64,000 nucleotides of DNA from positions 1 through 64,000 of IMG/VR virus record IMGVR_UViG_3300045988_136686. One strand, 5' to 3'. The translations under genes were made by a program, and so were the position numbers. The notes under the pieces are model-generated. The model had not been told where the DNA came from. It ran no database searches and was given only the letters and a program-made list of their open reading frames with translations. How positions within the stretch are numbered: position 1 is the first letter of the stretch; each line of letters begins with the position of its first letter. Positions 8,789-17,498 of this stretch are shown here, in pieces. The DNA comes from a virus.

Positions 8789-10850
8789 TTTCTAATAGCT
8801 TATGGTATTTTTCTATTACTTCCTTATAGCTTGAATACACACCAAGTTGCCCGCTATAAGCAAGATATGATGATGTGCAATGCTCTTTCACTTTTGTATA
8901 AACACCCCGATATTTCATACTTACCGGTTTGTGGGTATAAGCACAGCTGATAACCTTCTCCACTAACTTGTGCATAGAGCGGCTCAATATTCTTTGTACT
9001 TCTTTTGTTTGTATGCAGTACAAAATAAACTTACTAAGTTTAGGAATTGCATTATTCGTGCAAAAATCAGTAAGTTGAAACAGATCATACCCATTGTGTT
9101 GTGGTAACGTGAATCCAAAACCACCCAGCGTGTACTTGCCGTACATGACTACAAAAGGATATGTGGATGAACTTACAGAATCCACTTTCTTGACATACTT
9201 CTTCTGCAATCCTTTCAAGTAACCCGGTTTTACCTTCAATATCCTTAGAGCATCCGGGTTATCTATACCCAAATCATCAGGCGGAACTATCTCATCAACG
9301 GTATCAATACTGGATGAGTATGAAGTGTTTGACTGACTGTTTATGCAAGGTTTGTTGCAATAAAGATAACGACCAGCCGACCACCTTTCGCCTCCTGAAG
9401 AATTGAAGATAGCAACTTTGTGCATATTACTAAGGTATGGACTATTGCTGATGAAGTAAAACCAAGTGTCTTTTGGCAACCTTTCCACCAATTCGTAATA
9501 GTCATTCCTTATAACGGGAATGTCCGATTCCATATCACTGTTTTCCCGTATCAGCTTGAACGCCCTCTTTAAGAACTTATCCTTACCATAGTTAAAATAG
9601 ATGACTTTCTTTCCATCAATTGCTTCTTGAAGAGAGCCTCGATGGTATTCACAGGTAGTAAGCAGCGACATAAGCCTCTCACTTGACTTCTCCGTGTATT
9701 CAATGGACTCTTTTGCCTTATACTTTATCGCATCGAGAATAGCATCGTTCCTTGCAGACTGGCTCATACAGAACTTCTGCAAGCCATTTGCATACAGAGC
9801 CAACGCAAGCTGCCTTGATGGTGTCTTGTTGTTGAACTGCTCCAGCCATTCCAGACTGTTGTTATACGTCAGCGACATTTTTCCATTGGATAGCAAATAC
9901 AGCAAATGGCAATATGGGTCTTGACTAAAAATAGACACATCCATTTTATCCATGAAAAACAACTCATAGTTATATAAAAAGCTGTTTACTATGCATACCT
10001 CTTTGTGCCCATGTTCTTTCATTGCCTCATATAGAGCCGAAGCCTGTTTGGAATTGAATGCTATCGGTCTTGTTTGAAACGTTTCTATAGCATTGTATGG
10101 GTTGCCTTGATAGAGTAGCGGAATAAGCTCCTTAGGTGTTTCGTATTTCAGTCCGGTAACTTTTTTGAACTCCTCATAGGTATGTAGTAATTGAAAGTCA
10201 TTCAACGTATGATTTATGGCATAATAAAACATTCTATACGTAGAGTAAACGCAATTCATCGCCATATAAAAATCTGTTGTAGCATGATAGGTGCGAAACT
10301 CTATAGTCTTAGTCTTAAAATATGATGATATGTTAATTGCGTGACGGATAAAACCTTTCTTTGAATTGTTAGTAAATAATTCTCTTATGTCGTCAAATGT
10401 TTTGGATTGCAAAACACCATTATAATATTTTTCAGTAGGAATCGGCATGAGATTGAAAACCATTTCGTCCCATTCTGAGATATTCGCATACTTTTTGATG
10501 AACGGATAGCATACATAAAAGAAAAGAAAGATATTTTTTAATTGCTCCACCGACAAATCCCCAGCATAGATATGGACATGTGTATAGACGCTCCATTTGA
10601 TTACACCTCCTGCATTTACCATAGATTCATATACACTTTTCAATTCGTGCAAATCTTTCAAGCAAAGTCTTAGCGGTGGAGTATTAATTTCGCCACCAAA
10701 TCTCTTATTACACGTCCCGTCTGTGTTAACAATATCCTCATCCTTACTCCATGAATATCCTGTTGGCAATGACACTTTACTACGGTCAAGATTACACATC
10801 TCAATCTCGACACCAAATGTACGTGTTTTTATGTCTGTGCTAATATCCAT
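8772..10850 (-). CDS. carboxylate-amine ligase (Amidoligase_2 / glutamine-synthetase-like) fused to a ~440-aa unassigned C-terminal region
   Basis: N-terminal blocks RTFGVEIEMC, FGGEINTPPL, SVYTHVHIYAG and KTIEFRTYHATTD. Residues ~250-692 have no motif I can name. Confidence 0.55.
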   Translation of the reverse strand: MDISTDIKTRTFGVEIEMCNLDRSKVSLPTGYSWSKDEDIVNTDGTCNKRFGGEINTPPLRLCLKDLHELKSVYESMVNAGGVIKWSVYTHVHIYAGDLSVEQLKNIFLFFYVCYPFIKKYANISEWDEMVFNLMPIPTEKYYNGVLQSKTFDDIRELFTNNSKKGFIRHAINISSYFKTKTIEFRTYHATTDFYMAMNCVYSTYRMFYYAINHTLNDFQLLHTYEEFKKVTGLKYETPKELIPLLYQGNPYNAIETFQTRPIAFNSKQASALYEAMKEHGHKEVCIVNSFLYNYELFFMDKMDVSIFSQDPYCHLLYLLSNGKMSLTYNNSLEWLEQFNNKTPSRQLALALYANGLQKFCMSQSARNDAILDAIKYKAKESIEYTEKSSERLMSLLTTCEYHRGSLQEAIDGKKVIYFNYGKDKFLKRAFKLIRENSDMESDIPVIRNDYYELVERLPKDTWFYFISNSPYLSNMHKVAIFNSSGGERWSAGRYLYCNKPCINSQSNTSYSSSIDTVDEIVPPDDLGIDNPDALRILKVKPGYLKGLQKKYVKKVDSVSSSTYPFVVMYGKYTLGGFGFTLPQHNGYDLFQLTDFCTNNAIPKLSKFILYCIQTKEVQRILSRSMHKLVEKVISCAYTHKPVSMKYRGVYTKVKEHCTSSYLAYSGQLGVYSSYKEVIEKYHKLLENGQRK

Positions 10851-11979
10851 ATCTTGTTTCGCAAAGTTCTTCTATATACTTTTCGCAACCTAATCTCTGG
10901 ATAGTTCTTCCGTTTTCTCTAAAATCTTCTCCTAAAGCTACACTTGAAATATTGATGAGAGATGTTGTAATGGGAACGTCTACGCCTATTCTTTTGGCAA
11001 TGCTTTCCAACAGGATAAGACCTTGTGAAACATCTTCCGTGATGTATCTTGAACGCACTGAAGTAGGACTTATCGCCCTATCTTTGGATTCAGAGTATTC
11101 GTAAAAACTCTTTATAGGGTCACCGAGAAAACCTCCTGCGACAAAAATATCGATAGGATTACAACCTAATCGTTCTAAAACCTTGCGTTTCTCTTTATCC
11201 AAATCCAGCATAACCTTAAAGGTCGCATCATTACCACGGGCGTATGCTTCCCTATACATACAGAAGTTTCCCTTGCTGTATTCTATTCTTGGAATGCTCA
11301 TTATGGATCCAACGGTATGCAAAACCATATTAGGGTTGAGTAATGCGGATTCCAATACTGAGTATTCGTTGCTGAAACCTTTATATAGTTGACGGATTCT
11401 ATCCATACACTCCCCTGCTATTTCTTTTTGGAAGATAGACAATGGGCTTCTTGTAAGCCTGCACCCAACCCGGAATACGACTTCTCCGGGGACATCATCT
11501 TCTTCTATTCGTCCTTCAAGATATGGGCCAGCAGTTTCCACTATGACTGGCATTGAAGAACAGTGCTTTTTGAAGTAGAAAGATGACATATAACTGCAAA
11601 TGCAAATTACAATCTGGCTCCCGTTGAGAAACTTGCTTATTCTCTCGATAAGATTTTCGTGATAGGTACTTTGAATTGTCACAATGACGACATCAGCTTT
11701 TGTTACTTTGCTAATGTCATGAGATACTTCATTGATTACAGCAGTTCTATAACTACAGTTCTCTTTCAGCAATACACGGTTATTGTTCTGACGGATTTTG
11801 TAAAAAACTGATTCTTTCGAGTGGGAGGTTTTAATCAAAGAAACGTCGTGTCCGCCAATAGATAAATCTGCTGCTATGGCTACACCTACATTACCACACC
11901 CTAACACTGTAATTTTGATAGGATCATTAGAGTTCTCTTGTCCTTGATTTAAAGGATTTGTTATCGTTTTTTCGTCCAT
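10840..11979 (-). CDS. NAD(P)-dependent opine (octopine/nopaline) dehydrogenase-like protein
   Basis: Rossmann KITVLGCGNVGVAIAADLS, then ALLNPNMVLHTVGSIMSIPRIE and RYITEDVSQGLILLESIAKRIGVDVPIT, typical of the opine dehydrogenase C-terminal domain. Confidence 0.6.
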   Translation of the reverse strand: MDEKTITNPLNQGQENSNDPIKITVLGCGNVGVAIAADLSIGGHDVSLIKTSHSKESVFYKIRQNNNRVLLKENCSYRTAVINEVSHDISKVTKADVVIVTIQSTYHENLIERISKFLNGSQIVICICSYMSSFYFKKHCSSMPVIVETAGPYLEGRIEEDDVPGEVVFRVGCRLTRSPLSIFQKEIAGECMDRIRQLYKGFSNEYSVLESALLNPNMVLHTVGSIMSIPRIEYSKGNFCMYREAYARGNDATFKVMLDLDKEKRKVLERLGCNPIDIFVAGGFLGDPIKSFYEYSESKDRAISPTSVRSRYITEDVSQGLILLESIAKRIGVDVPITTSLINISSVALGEDFRENGRTIQRLGCEKYIEELCETRYGY

Positions 11980-12200
11980 ATATTTAAGTTGTATATAACT
12001 TCATATACATTTTGTGCTAAGTCTGCCAAGCGTATTCCCGACAGGACTAAACACAAATCCATCATTTTTCAAGCTACTTGCAAGAACACTTATGCAATTC
12101 TTCGGCTTCTTTCAGTCGTGTCAGATAGCAATTACTATCACCCCGTAAACTGCACAAGCTTTAATGTTCTTGCTTTTGCTTATCGCTACTATAAGGGTTG

Positions 12201-12270
12201 AGCGGAAACAGGGAATCGAACCCCACTCTTTGGCTGGAATGCCAACGCTCTGCCGATGAGCTATTTCCGC
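12201..12270 (-). tRNA. tRNA-Gly(UCC)-like, with an apparent 6-nt anticodon loop
   Basis: Hand fold: GCGGAAA-TA-GCTC-ATCGGCA-GAGC-G-TTGGC-ATTCCA-GCCAA-AGAG-TGGGG-TTCGATT-CCCTG-TTTCCGC-T. U73 discriminator and the GCGG acceptor fit Gly. The loop is one nt short of canonical. Confidence 0.6.
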
Positions 12271-12348
12271 AATATGGGCAGCCTGCAAACCGTTTATCAG
12301 AATTTTCACTGCCCTTCTTTGTACTTTGGTCGTTATTTCTTATCTCTG

Positions 12349-12421
12349 AGGTTGAAGTGGGATTCAAACCCACGAATAACGGTTTTGCAGACCGTTGCGT
12401 TAATCACTTCGCCATTCAACC
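12349..12421 (-). tRNA. tRNA-Cys(GCA)
   Basis: Hand fold, 73 nt: GGTTGAA-TG-GCGAAGTGATTAACGC-A-ACGGT-CTGCAAA-ACCGT-TATTC-GTGGG-TTTGAAT-CCCAC-TTCAACC-T. U73 as expected for Cys. Confidence 0.85.
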
Positions 12422-12501
12422 AAACCAATGCTGTCAAACCACCGCTTGCTTGGCAAATCTGACAGCATCCCATCAAACGCTATTGATGGTTGGCATTATT
12501 T

Positions 12502-12906
12502 TCAAAACAAACTCGCTTGTTCATAATTGGGCTCTTTCTTCTCAACAACTCCAAATTCTGTGATTTCAATACCAGTATTTTCTGTGATCCATTTTGCCAA
12601 AATATGGCGATGGCAGAAATCACCCGGTTTTTCGTAGCAACAAAGAGCAACGTCTTTTCCTCCGCTTAACATTTCAATTTGTTTCACGACTTGGTTCGCA
12701 TCTTGGCTTGCCAATATTCTGTCGTAAAGCTTAAGATACTCTTCTCGAGAACAAGGTCCACTTACCATATAGCGGGTGGGACAAACATTCAACATTTGCG
12801 GAATACCAGCTATAAATCTGGGTTTTCCGATTGCTACGCAAATCATATTAACTCCCGCCTCTTTCAGTTTTCGACTATTACCGAAATACGATGTAAAAAT
12901 CTTCAT
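12502..12906 (-). CDS. DUF488-like protein
   Basis: MKIFTSYFGN start and CCYEKPGDFCHRHILAKW block resemble the DUF488 family. Confidence 0.45.
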   Translation of the reverse strand: MKIFTSYFGNSRKLKEAGVNMICVAIGKPRFIAGIPQMLNVCPTRYMVSGPCSREEYLKLYDRILASQDANQVVKQIEMLSGGKDVALCCYEKPGDFCHRHILAKWITENTGIEITEFGVVEKKEPNYEQASLF

Positions 12907-12926
12907 TTTTTGTTCTTTTTACGATG

Positions 12927-12964
12927 TAAATATATAAAAAAGTATATAAAATTCATGCACTTTT
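12927..12964 (-). promoter_or_regulatory. promoter module: 27-bp palindrome (12938..12964) plus -7-like box TATATTTA
   Basis: Minus strand: AAAAGTGCATGAATTTTATATACTTTT-t-TATATATTTA, 21 nt upstream of the DUF488 ATG. Confidence 0.45.
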
Positions 12965-12983
12965 AGTGCTAAAATTGTCTAAA

Positions 12984-13235
12984 CTACCACGTTTTTATTA
13001 TTTCTATGACTTTTTCATATTCTCCAGCGTGTAACAATGACGCTTCGGTGTGGAAATTTATATCAGTTAATCGATATTCTATAAGTAAACAGGTATATTC
13101 ATCACCAATTTTGCGATGGTTTTGATGTTTCTTGGCAAGTGATTCCAATTCTGTACAAGATAGACAGTAGTGATTCTTGCGATTAAGATTCCGCATCTTA
13201 TTAACATCTTCTTCTTTCAAATCTTCGTATGTCAT
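12984..13235 (-). CDS. hypothetical protein
   Basis: 83-aa co-directional ORF. No motif. Confidence 0.45.
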   Translation of the reverse strand: MTYEDLKEEDVNKMRNLNRKNHYCLSCTELESLAKKHQNHRKIGDEYTCLLIEYRLTDINFHTEASLLHAGEYEKVIEIIKTW

Positions 13236-13238
13236 GGC

Positions 13239-13484
13239 TTAATCCTCCTCAAATTCGTCTTCATATACAAAAACATGTTTACCACTTCCACAAATCTCGA
13301 CTTCCCATTTATGCATGTTCGGCCAATATTCGATTAGAATTATGTTTCTATAGCCTTTATATGGCTCTTTCAATGTTGCTGTTCTCATTGCTCTTAATTT
13401 TAAAATGTCGGATCTATATAGTGATTTTGATAATGCAACATAAGCAGAACTCCATCTTTGTAATGATGCCCTTCTGCTACCCAA
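13239..13484 (-). CDS. hypothetical small protein (likely start at 13388)
   Basis: The ORF overlaps the upstream gene unless it starts at the internal MRTATLKEPYKG. Confidence 0.35.
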   Translation of the reverse strand: MGSRRASLQRWSSAYVALSKSLYRSDILKLRAMRTATLKEPYKGYRNIILIEYWPNMHKWEVEICGSGKHVFVYEDEFEED

Positions 13485-13828
13485 TATCCATTCCTTCTTT
13501 TGGTGAACACTTTGGGTGCTCCTTCCAATTCTGGTAGGACTTCATATTCGCTGGCATAATAGTCTATACATTTGGTTTGATTGAAAGTAACCTCAATCTT
13601 GCATGGAGAAATAATTTTAGTAACTGTTGCCGCTCGTTTATCCGAGTAATAGCAGACCGTACAGCCAAGTCCAACTTCGGGTACGAGATTTTTGATTGCG
13701 TCCAACTTCGCTTTTTCCTTTTGCTCTTGCCAATCTGAGAATTTTATACCGCCGGGATATTTGCGACTTTCTATTTCGTGTAGAATAGCAAAACTCTCCT
13801 TGCTTGTTAATTTCTTTGATATTTCCAT
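13400..13828 (-). CDS. hypothetical protein
   Basis: 142-aa co-directional ORF. No motif. Confidence 0.5.
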   Translation of the reverse strand: MEISKKLTSKESFAILHEIESRKYPGGIKFSDWQEQKEKAKLDAIKNLVPEVGLGCTVCYYSDKRAATVTKIISPCKIEVTFNQTKCIDYYASEYEVLPELEGAPKVFTKRRNGYWVAEGHHYKDGVLLMLHYQNHYIDPTF

Positions 13829-13839
13829 TGCTATGTATT

Positions 13840-14124
13840 TTATCCGTTATACGTTGATGTTATTTCTTCTGCACGGAGTTCTTTTCTTAACTCACCGTTC
13901 CTATATATTCTCACGGCTACTATTCTAACTGTATCGGATAGGAAACGCCCGCAGTCATTAGCTAGCTTAACTTGTAATTGAATAGCTTTTGCTAAATTTT
14001 TAGTACGCTTTCTTATGGTTTTCTTGAATCCGAAAACATAATCTTCGGTATCGATTTCGAACTGGTAGGTGTCAGAGTGTAATATCTGGTTAAGTTCGGA
14101 TGTCATTTGTTCTATCTTTTCCAT
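13840..14124 (-). CDS. hypothetical protein
   Basis: 94-aa co-directional ORF. No motif. Confidence 0.45.
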   Translation of the reverse strand: MEKIEQMTSELNQILHSDTYQFEIDTEDYVFGFKKTIRKRTKNLAKAIQLQVKLANDCGRFLSDTVRIVAVRIYRNGELRKELRAEEITSTYNG

Positions 14125-14140
14125 TGCTATTTTGTTATTA

Positions 14141-14383
14141 TTAGAAAAACAAATTAATTATCTCTTCTTTTGTATGGTAATTAAGCCAGTTATTTGCATT
14201 CTCTGTTGCTTTCTCAACACTTCTATACTTTAATCCAGATGATGCAATATATAAGCAAATCGTACGTTTGTGCATTTTCAACACTTGTTCCTTTTTAGGC
14301 TTAGTTATAGTTACTTGATTAGTACGTTTATTAAACTTACAAAACCGATTATTTAAAGTTTCTTCTTTTGTAATAGCCTTCAT
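14141..14383 (-). CDS. hypothetical protein
   Basis: 80-aa co-directional ORF. No motif. Confidence 0.4.
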   Translation of the reverse strand: MKAITKEETLNNRFCKFNKRTNQVTITKPKKEQVLKMHKRTICLYIASSGLKYRSVEKATENANNWLNYHTKEEIINLFF

Positions 14384-14473
14384 TGCTCTTATTGTTTAAG
14401 TGGTTATTTTGGATATATAAAGATACAAATAATATATTGAATACCAATGAGTTATGTCTTTTATTTCATGCGC

Positions 14474-14707
14474 TTAAACTTTGTTTAACTTTTTGTCTCT
14501 CAGCGACTTTCGGTCAAGTATCTGTGCAAACAAACCAGTTGCAAACACTATTTCACGTCCATACTTATCCTTGCATCGAATGTATATATCTGCATCTTCA
14601 CCAGACATATAAAGCTCATACAGATTATTGTATGGACGAATGCAATCACGGAACATTTCCGATGCCGTCTTTGACTTACGATAACCACTTCTGCCCATAC
14701 TTTTCAA
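14474..14707 (-). CDS. hypothetical protein
   Basis: 77-aa co-directional ORF. No motif. Confidence 0.4.
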   Translation of the reverse strand: MKSMGRSGYRKSKTASEMFRDCIRPYNNLYELYMSGEDADIYIRCKDKYGREIVFATGLFAQILDRKSLRDKKLNKV

Positions 14708-14951
14708 ATAATAATGATTTACTTTTCTCTATCTCCTTGTCTGTGTCGATTCCGAGTTGTCGATAGAAAACAGAATTACCGGATAGGCATTCATGTGCTA
14801 TCTTCAATGTTCTACGTTCTTCTTTGGAGAAACCAACTCGAAAAGTAGAGAATATAGCTAATGCTTCTTTCAAATAGCCGGAGTGGAGTAGGGATATAGC
14901 TTTACTTGTTTTGGTTTCCATAAGGGTAAATTTCGATGTCTTCAAAATCAT
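14676..14951 (-). CDS. hypothetical protein (start possibly METK at 14921)
   Basis: 91-aa co-directional ORF. No motif. Confidence 0.4.
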   Translation of the reverse strand: MILKTSKFTLMETKTSKAISLLHSGYLKEALAIFSTFRVGFSKEERRTLKIAHECLSGNSVFYRQLGIDTDKEIEKSKSLLFEKYGQKWLS

Positions 14952-15078
14952 CGTCAGTAAGGGCGATTTCTTCTGTGTTTATCATTTCTTCTACTTTCTC
15001 ATGAGCGGAATCCATGTTTTCTGCTTCTACCTCCACTACCTTCGAGTAGGTTTCGATTATTCTGAATTTGCATTTCAT
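14902..15078 (-). CDS. hypothetical acidic 58-aa protein (below ORF-track cutoff)
   Basis: Own translation: MKCKFRIIETYSKVVEVEAENMDSAHEKVEEMINTEEIALTDDDFEDIEIYPYGNQNK. ATGA overlap with the stop of 15075..15335. Confidence 0.4.
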   Translation of the reverse strand: MKCKFRIIETYSKVVEVEAENMDSAHEKVEEMINTEEIALTDDDFEDIEIYPYGNQNK

Positions 15079-15335
15079 TCTATATTCCCTTTATTTAGTT
15101 TTGAATTTTGCAATCCTGCATGATACCCATCAATCCATATCAACAATTCTGTGGGTTTCAGATACCCGCTTATCCTGTGACATGGAATGCCCCCTTCTAT
15201 TACTCTATCCCCGGCAAATGATTCGTCGTGTATTACGAACGCATAATACCCATAAGAGAATGACGAAGCGGTTAGATGCATTCGATTAGCATGACAGTAC
15301 TTTTCTAATTGTTTTAATGCTTCTTTTTGTGTCAT
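15075..15335 (-). CDS. hypothetical protein
   Basis: 86-aa co-directional ORF. No motif. Confidence 0.45.
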   Translation of the reverse strand: MTQKEALKQLEKYCHANRMHLTASSFSYGYYAFVIHDESFAGDRVIEGGIPCHRISGYLKPTELLIWIDGYHAGLQNSKLNKGNIE

Positions 15336-15523
15336 AACTGATGATTTATAGATTTTCGTTGATTTTCTTTTCTGTCCGTTTAATGAATCGTTTAATCATA
15401 TCTTCTAACTCATTCCTTAAATCGTCCTTGTCAAGATATGAGCGGAAAGTTTTCGATTGTAAAATATCGATGATAGCATACGATTTTTATCCGTTAGATT
15501 TAACAATGATTATTCGTCACTTA

Positions 15524-16165
15524 TTACCCCCATAATTTTACTGCAAGATCATAATTCTTTTGAGCTTCATTTACTGCTTTTTTGGCATAAGTAAGAGTGT
15601 AGGAGTGTTCACGTGGATATTTGCCTGACTTTACACCTTCATGATATTCTTTGGCTTCTTCCAGCTTGTGCGCATAAAAGTCAATACTTTCCGGCATAGA
15701 TAGGTTGATGGTTGTAGCACGCTTGTCCCAGTATTCGGCTTCTCTTTCATGTTCTGTTGCTTTGTCGCTAAATTCAACGCTTTTACCCATGTTTCTCCAA
15801 GCATCCGCTATTGCTTTTCTGTGTCGTCTTTCGCTATGATGTCCTATTTTAATAGGTTCTCCAAGTGAAAGAAAATCTCTGTCCTTATTTGACTTTTCGA
15901 AATATACATGACTTTTTTTATTTGCTGATACAGACCATTCACGTCTACGTTCGGCTCTACGTTTTGCCCATTCTTGTACGTTGAATCCGTCAGCTCTTAC
16001 GATGGAGTAATAATAGAATCCGTCACGCTCAAATATCAGATTAAAAACGATACTTTCATTCTCTTTTCCATACTTGGTTGTAACTAGAATTTCCTCACCT
16101 CTTTCGTGCTTTTCTTCGCACTTTGCCAAAAATACGTTTGGCGCAAACTTGTAATATGTGTTCAT
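15524..16165 (-). CDS. DUF3560-like protein
   Basis: GEPIKIGHHSERRHRKA block plus flanking charged helices resemble DUF3560. Confidence 0.6.
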   Translation of the reverse strand: MNTYYKFAPNVFLAKCEEKHERGEEILVTTKYGKENESIVFNLIFERDGFYYYSIVRADGFNVQEWAKRRAERRREWSVSANKKSHVYFEKSNKDRDFLSLGEPIKIGHHSERRHRKAIADAWRNMGKSVEFSDKATEHEREAEYWDKRATTINLSMPESIDFYAHKLEEAKEYHEGVKSGKYPREHSYTLTYAKKAVNEAQKNYDLAVKLWG

Positions 16166-16201
16166 TGCTCTTATGTATTTGCAGGGAAAAAGTCCTGCTG
16201 G

Positions 16202-16954
16202 TTATAAATTAAATATGCCAATAGCTTTCGCTATAGTTAATACTTCTTTTTTAGTCTTTACTGTATTTGGGATAATTGTCCCATTAGAAGACTTAGAATA
16301 AAGATTGCCACAAACTAATTCGTAATCGTACCCTATCACTTGCTTTTTACGAGCAAATCCTACACAGCCATATCTTATAGTCCATTCAGAACCACCACCA
16401 AATGGCATATAATTACCCTTTTCGTCTTGCCATGAACTTTGATGCCGTCTGGCAGATAAGAATCGAGTACCTTCTTGATTATACAATAAAACTTCATACG
16501 CATTATTAATTATCTTCACACTCAATTTTGCACGTTCTTCTCTTTTGGCAAGAGTGGCTTGTGCAATGGTTAGCGCACGTGCCATGATTTCTTCTGGTGT
16601 GTCTTCTTGCTTGGTGGAGATGTAGCCGCCTGTGGTACGTACTTCGTGAAGGATTTGTTTGACCCCTTTCTTGAATTGTTTGGCTATTGGCTTGCGGCTT
16701 TGCATAAGGACTTCGTATAAACCACCTTCGGTTAGGAACCAAACTTGTTGGTTTCCACCGGGGGTCGGAATAATGTTCCGACCCTTTTCATCATCATCTA
16801 CAGATGCAACCAATTTGTTAAGGCTTGTTTTGTCGTAATCGATGCATTCTGCAATCTCTCTTGCAAGGAACATGGGATTTTCTGCTGTTCCGTAAACTGT
16901 GAATTGGTGTCCAAGCAATTCTGTTTGTTTTAGGACTTGAATTTGGGCTGCCAT
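16202..16954 (-). CDS. Bro-N domain protein (antirepressor-like)
   Basis: N-terminal HQFTVYGTAENPMFLAREIAECIDY...WFLTEGGLYEVLMQSRKPIAKQFKK pattern of Bro-N. Confidence 0.6.
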   Translation of the reverse strand: MAAQIQVLKQTELLGHQFTVYGTAENPMFLAREIAECIDYDKTSLNKLVASVDDDEKGRNIIPTPGGNQQVWFLTEGGLYEVLMQSRKPIAKQFKKGVKQILHEVRTTGGYISTKQEDTPEEIMARALTIAQATLAKREERAKLSVKIINNAYEVLLYNQEGTRFLSARRHQSSWQDEKGNYMPFGGGSEWTIRYGCVGFARKKQVIGYDYELVCGNLYSKSSNGTIIPNTVKTKKEVLTIAKAIGIFNL

Positions 16955-17212
16955 AAACTTGTAGCATTAAGTTGTATGATAGGTAGCAAAAAGCGGCCGC
17001 CATATACGCTGCTACAAGTTAATGGACTTCACCTCGAAAGGCTAATCTTTACTTACGTATAGGAGGCCGCCAATATATAAAAGTATAGGCATAAAAAAAG
17101 CCCAACTTTCTATTGAGCAAATTAACCGCTTGCCCTGCGAGATGATTAAGTTCATCAACTTGTAGCATTACAAAAGTATTGAATTTTACGAGGTAATGCT
17201 AATTATTGGGCA

Positions 17213-17261
17213 CAAAATTAGAGCATGGAATCTTGAAAGTGTATGAATTTCATACATAATT
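17213..17261 (-). promoter_or_regulatory. promoter module: degenerate palindrome (17235..17261) plus -7 box TAATTTTG (17213..17220)
   Basis: Minus strand: AATTATGTATGAAATTCATACACTTTC-14 nt-TAATTTTG. One arm is degenerate and the spacing is longer than at the other five sites. Confidence 0.35.
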
Positions 17262-17382
17262 CAATATTATTAACCTTTGAGGGCTATTATACGATTTCCT
17301 AAATCAGTGAATCCTAAGGCGAAATTCCGTTTAATGCAAAATTACAATATTCACAAATAATGAAGTGCACCACCAGAAAACG

Positions 17383-17420
17383 TAAAAAGAAAGCGATGAA
17401 AAATTAATCTCACCGCTTTT
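17383..17420 (-). terminator. weak terminator-like hairpin
   Basis: Minus strand: AAAGCG-18 nt-CGCTTT followed by CTTTTTA, about 80 nt after the stop of 17499..17837. Confidence 0.3.
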
Positions 17421-17498
17421 TATATGCCTCAAAATAGACGTGTGTAAACAAATGCCAAATTAGAGTTGTACAAACATCAATTCTTTAAATCAAAGGAA

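Noticed and set aside
12121-12563. ORFs of 62-121 aa on both strands overlapping the two tRNA genes
   Set aside because: They overlap well-folded tRNAs and have no coding-like composition.
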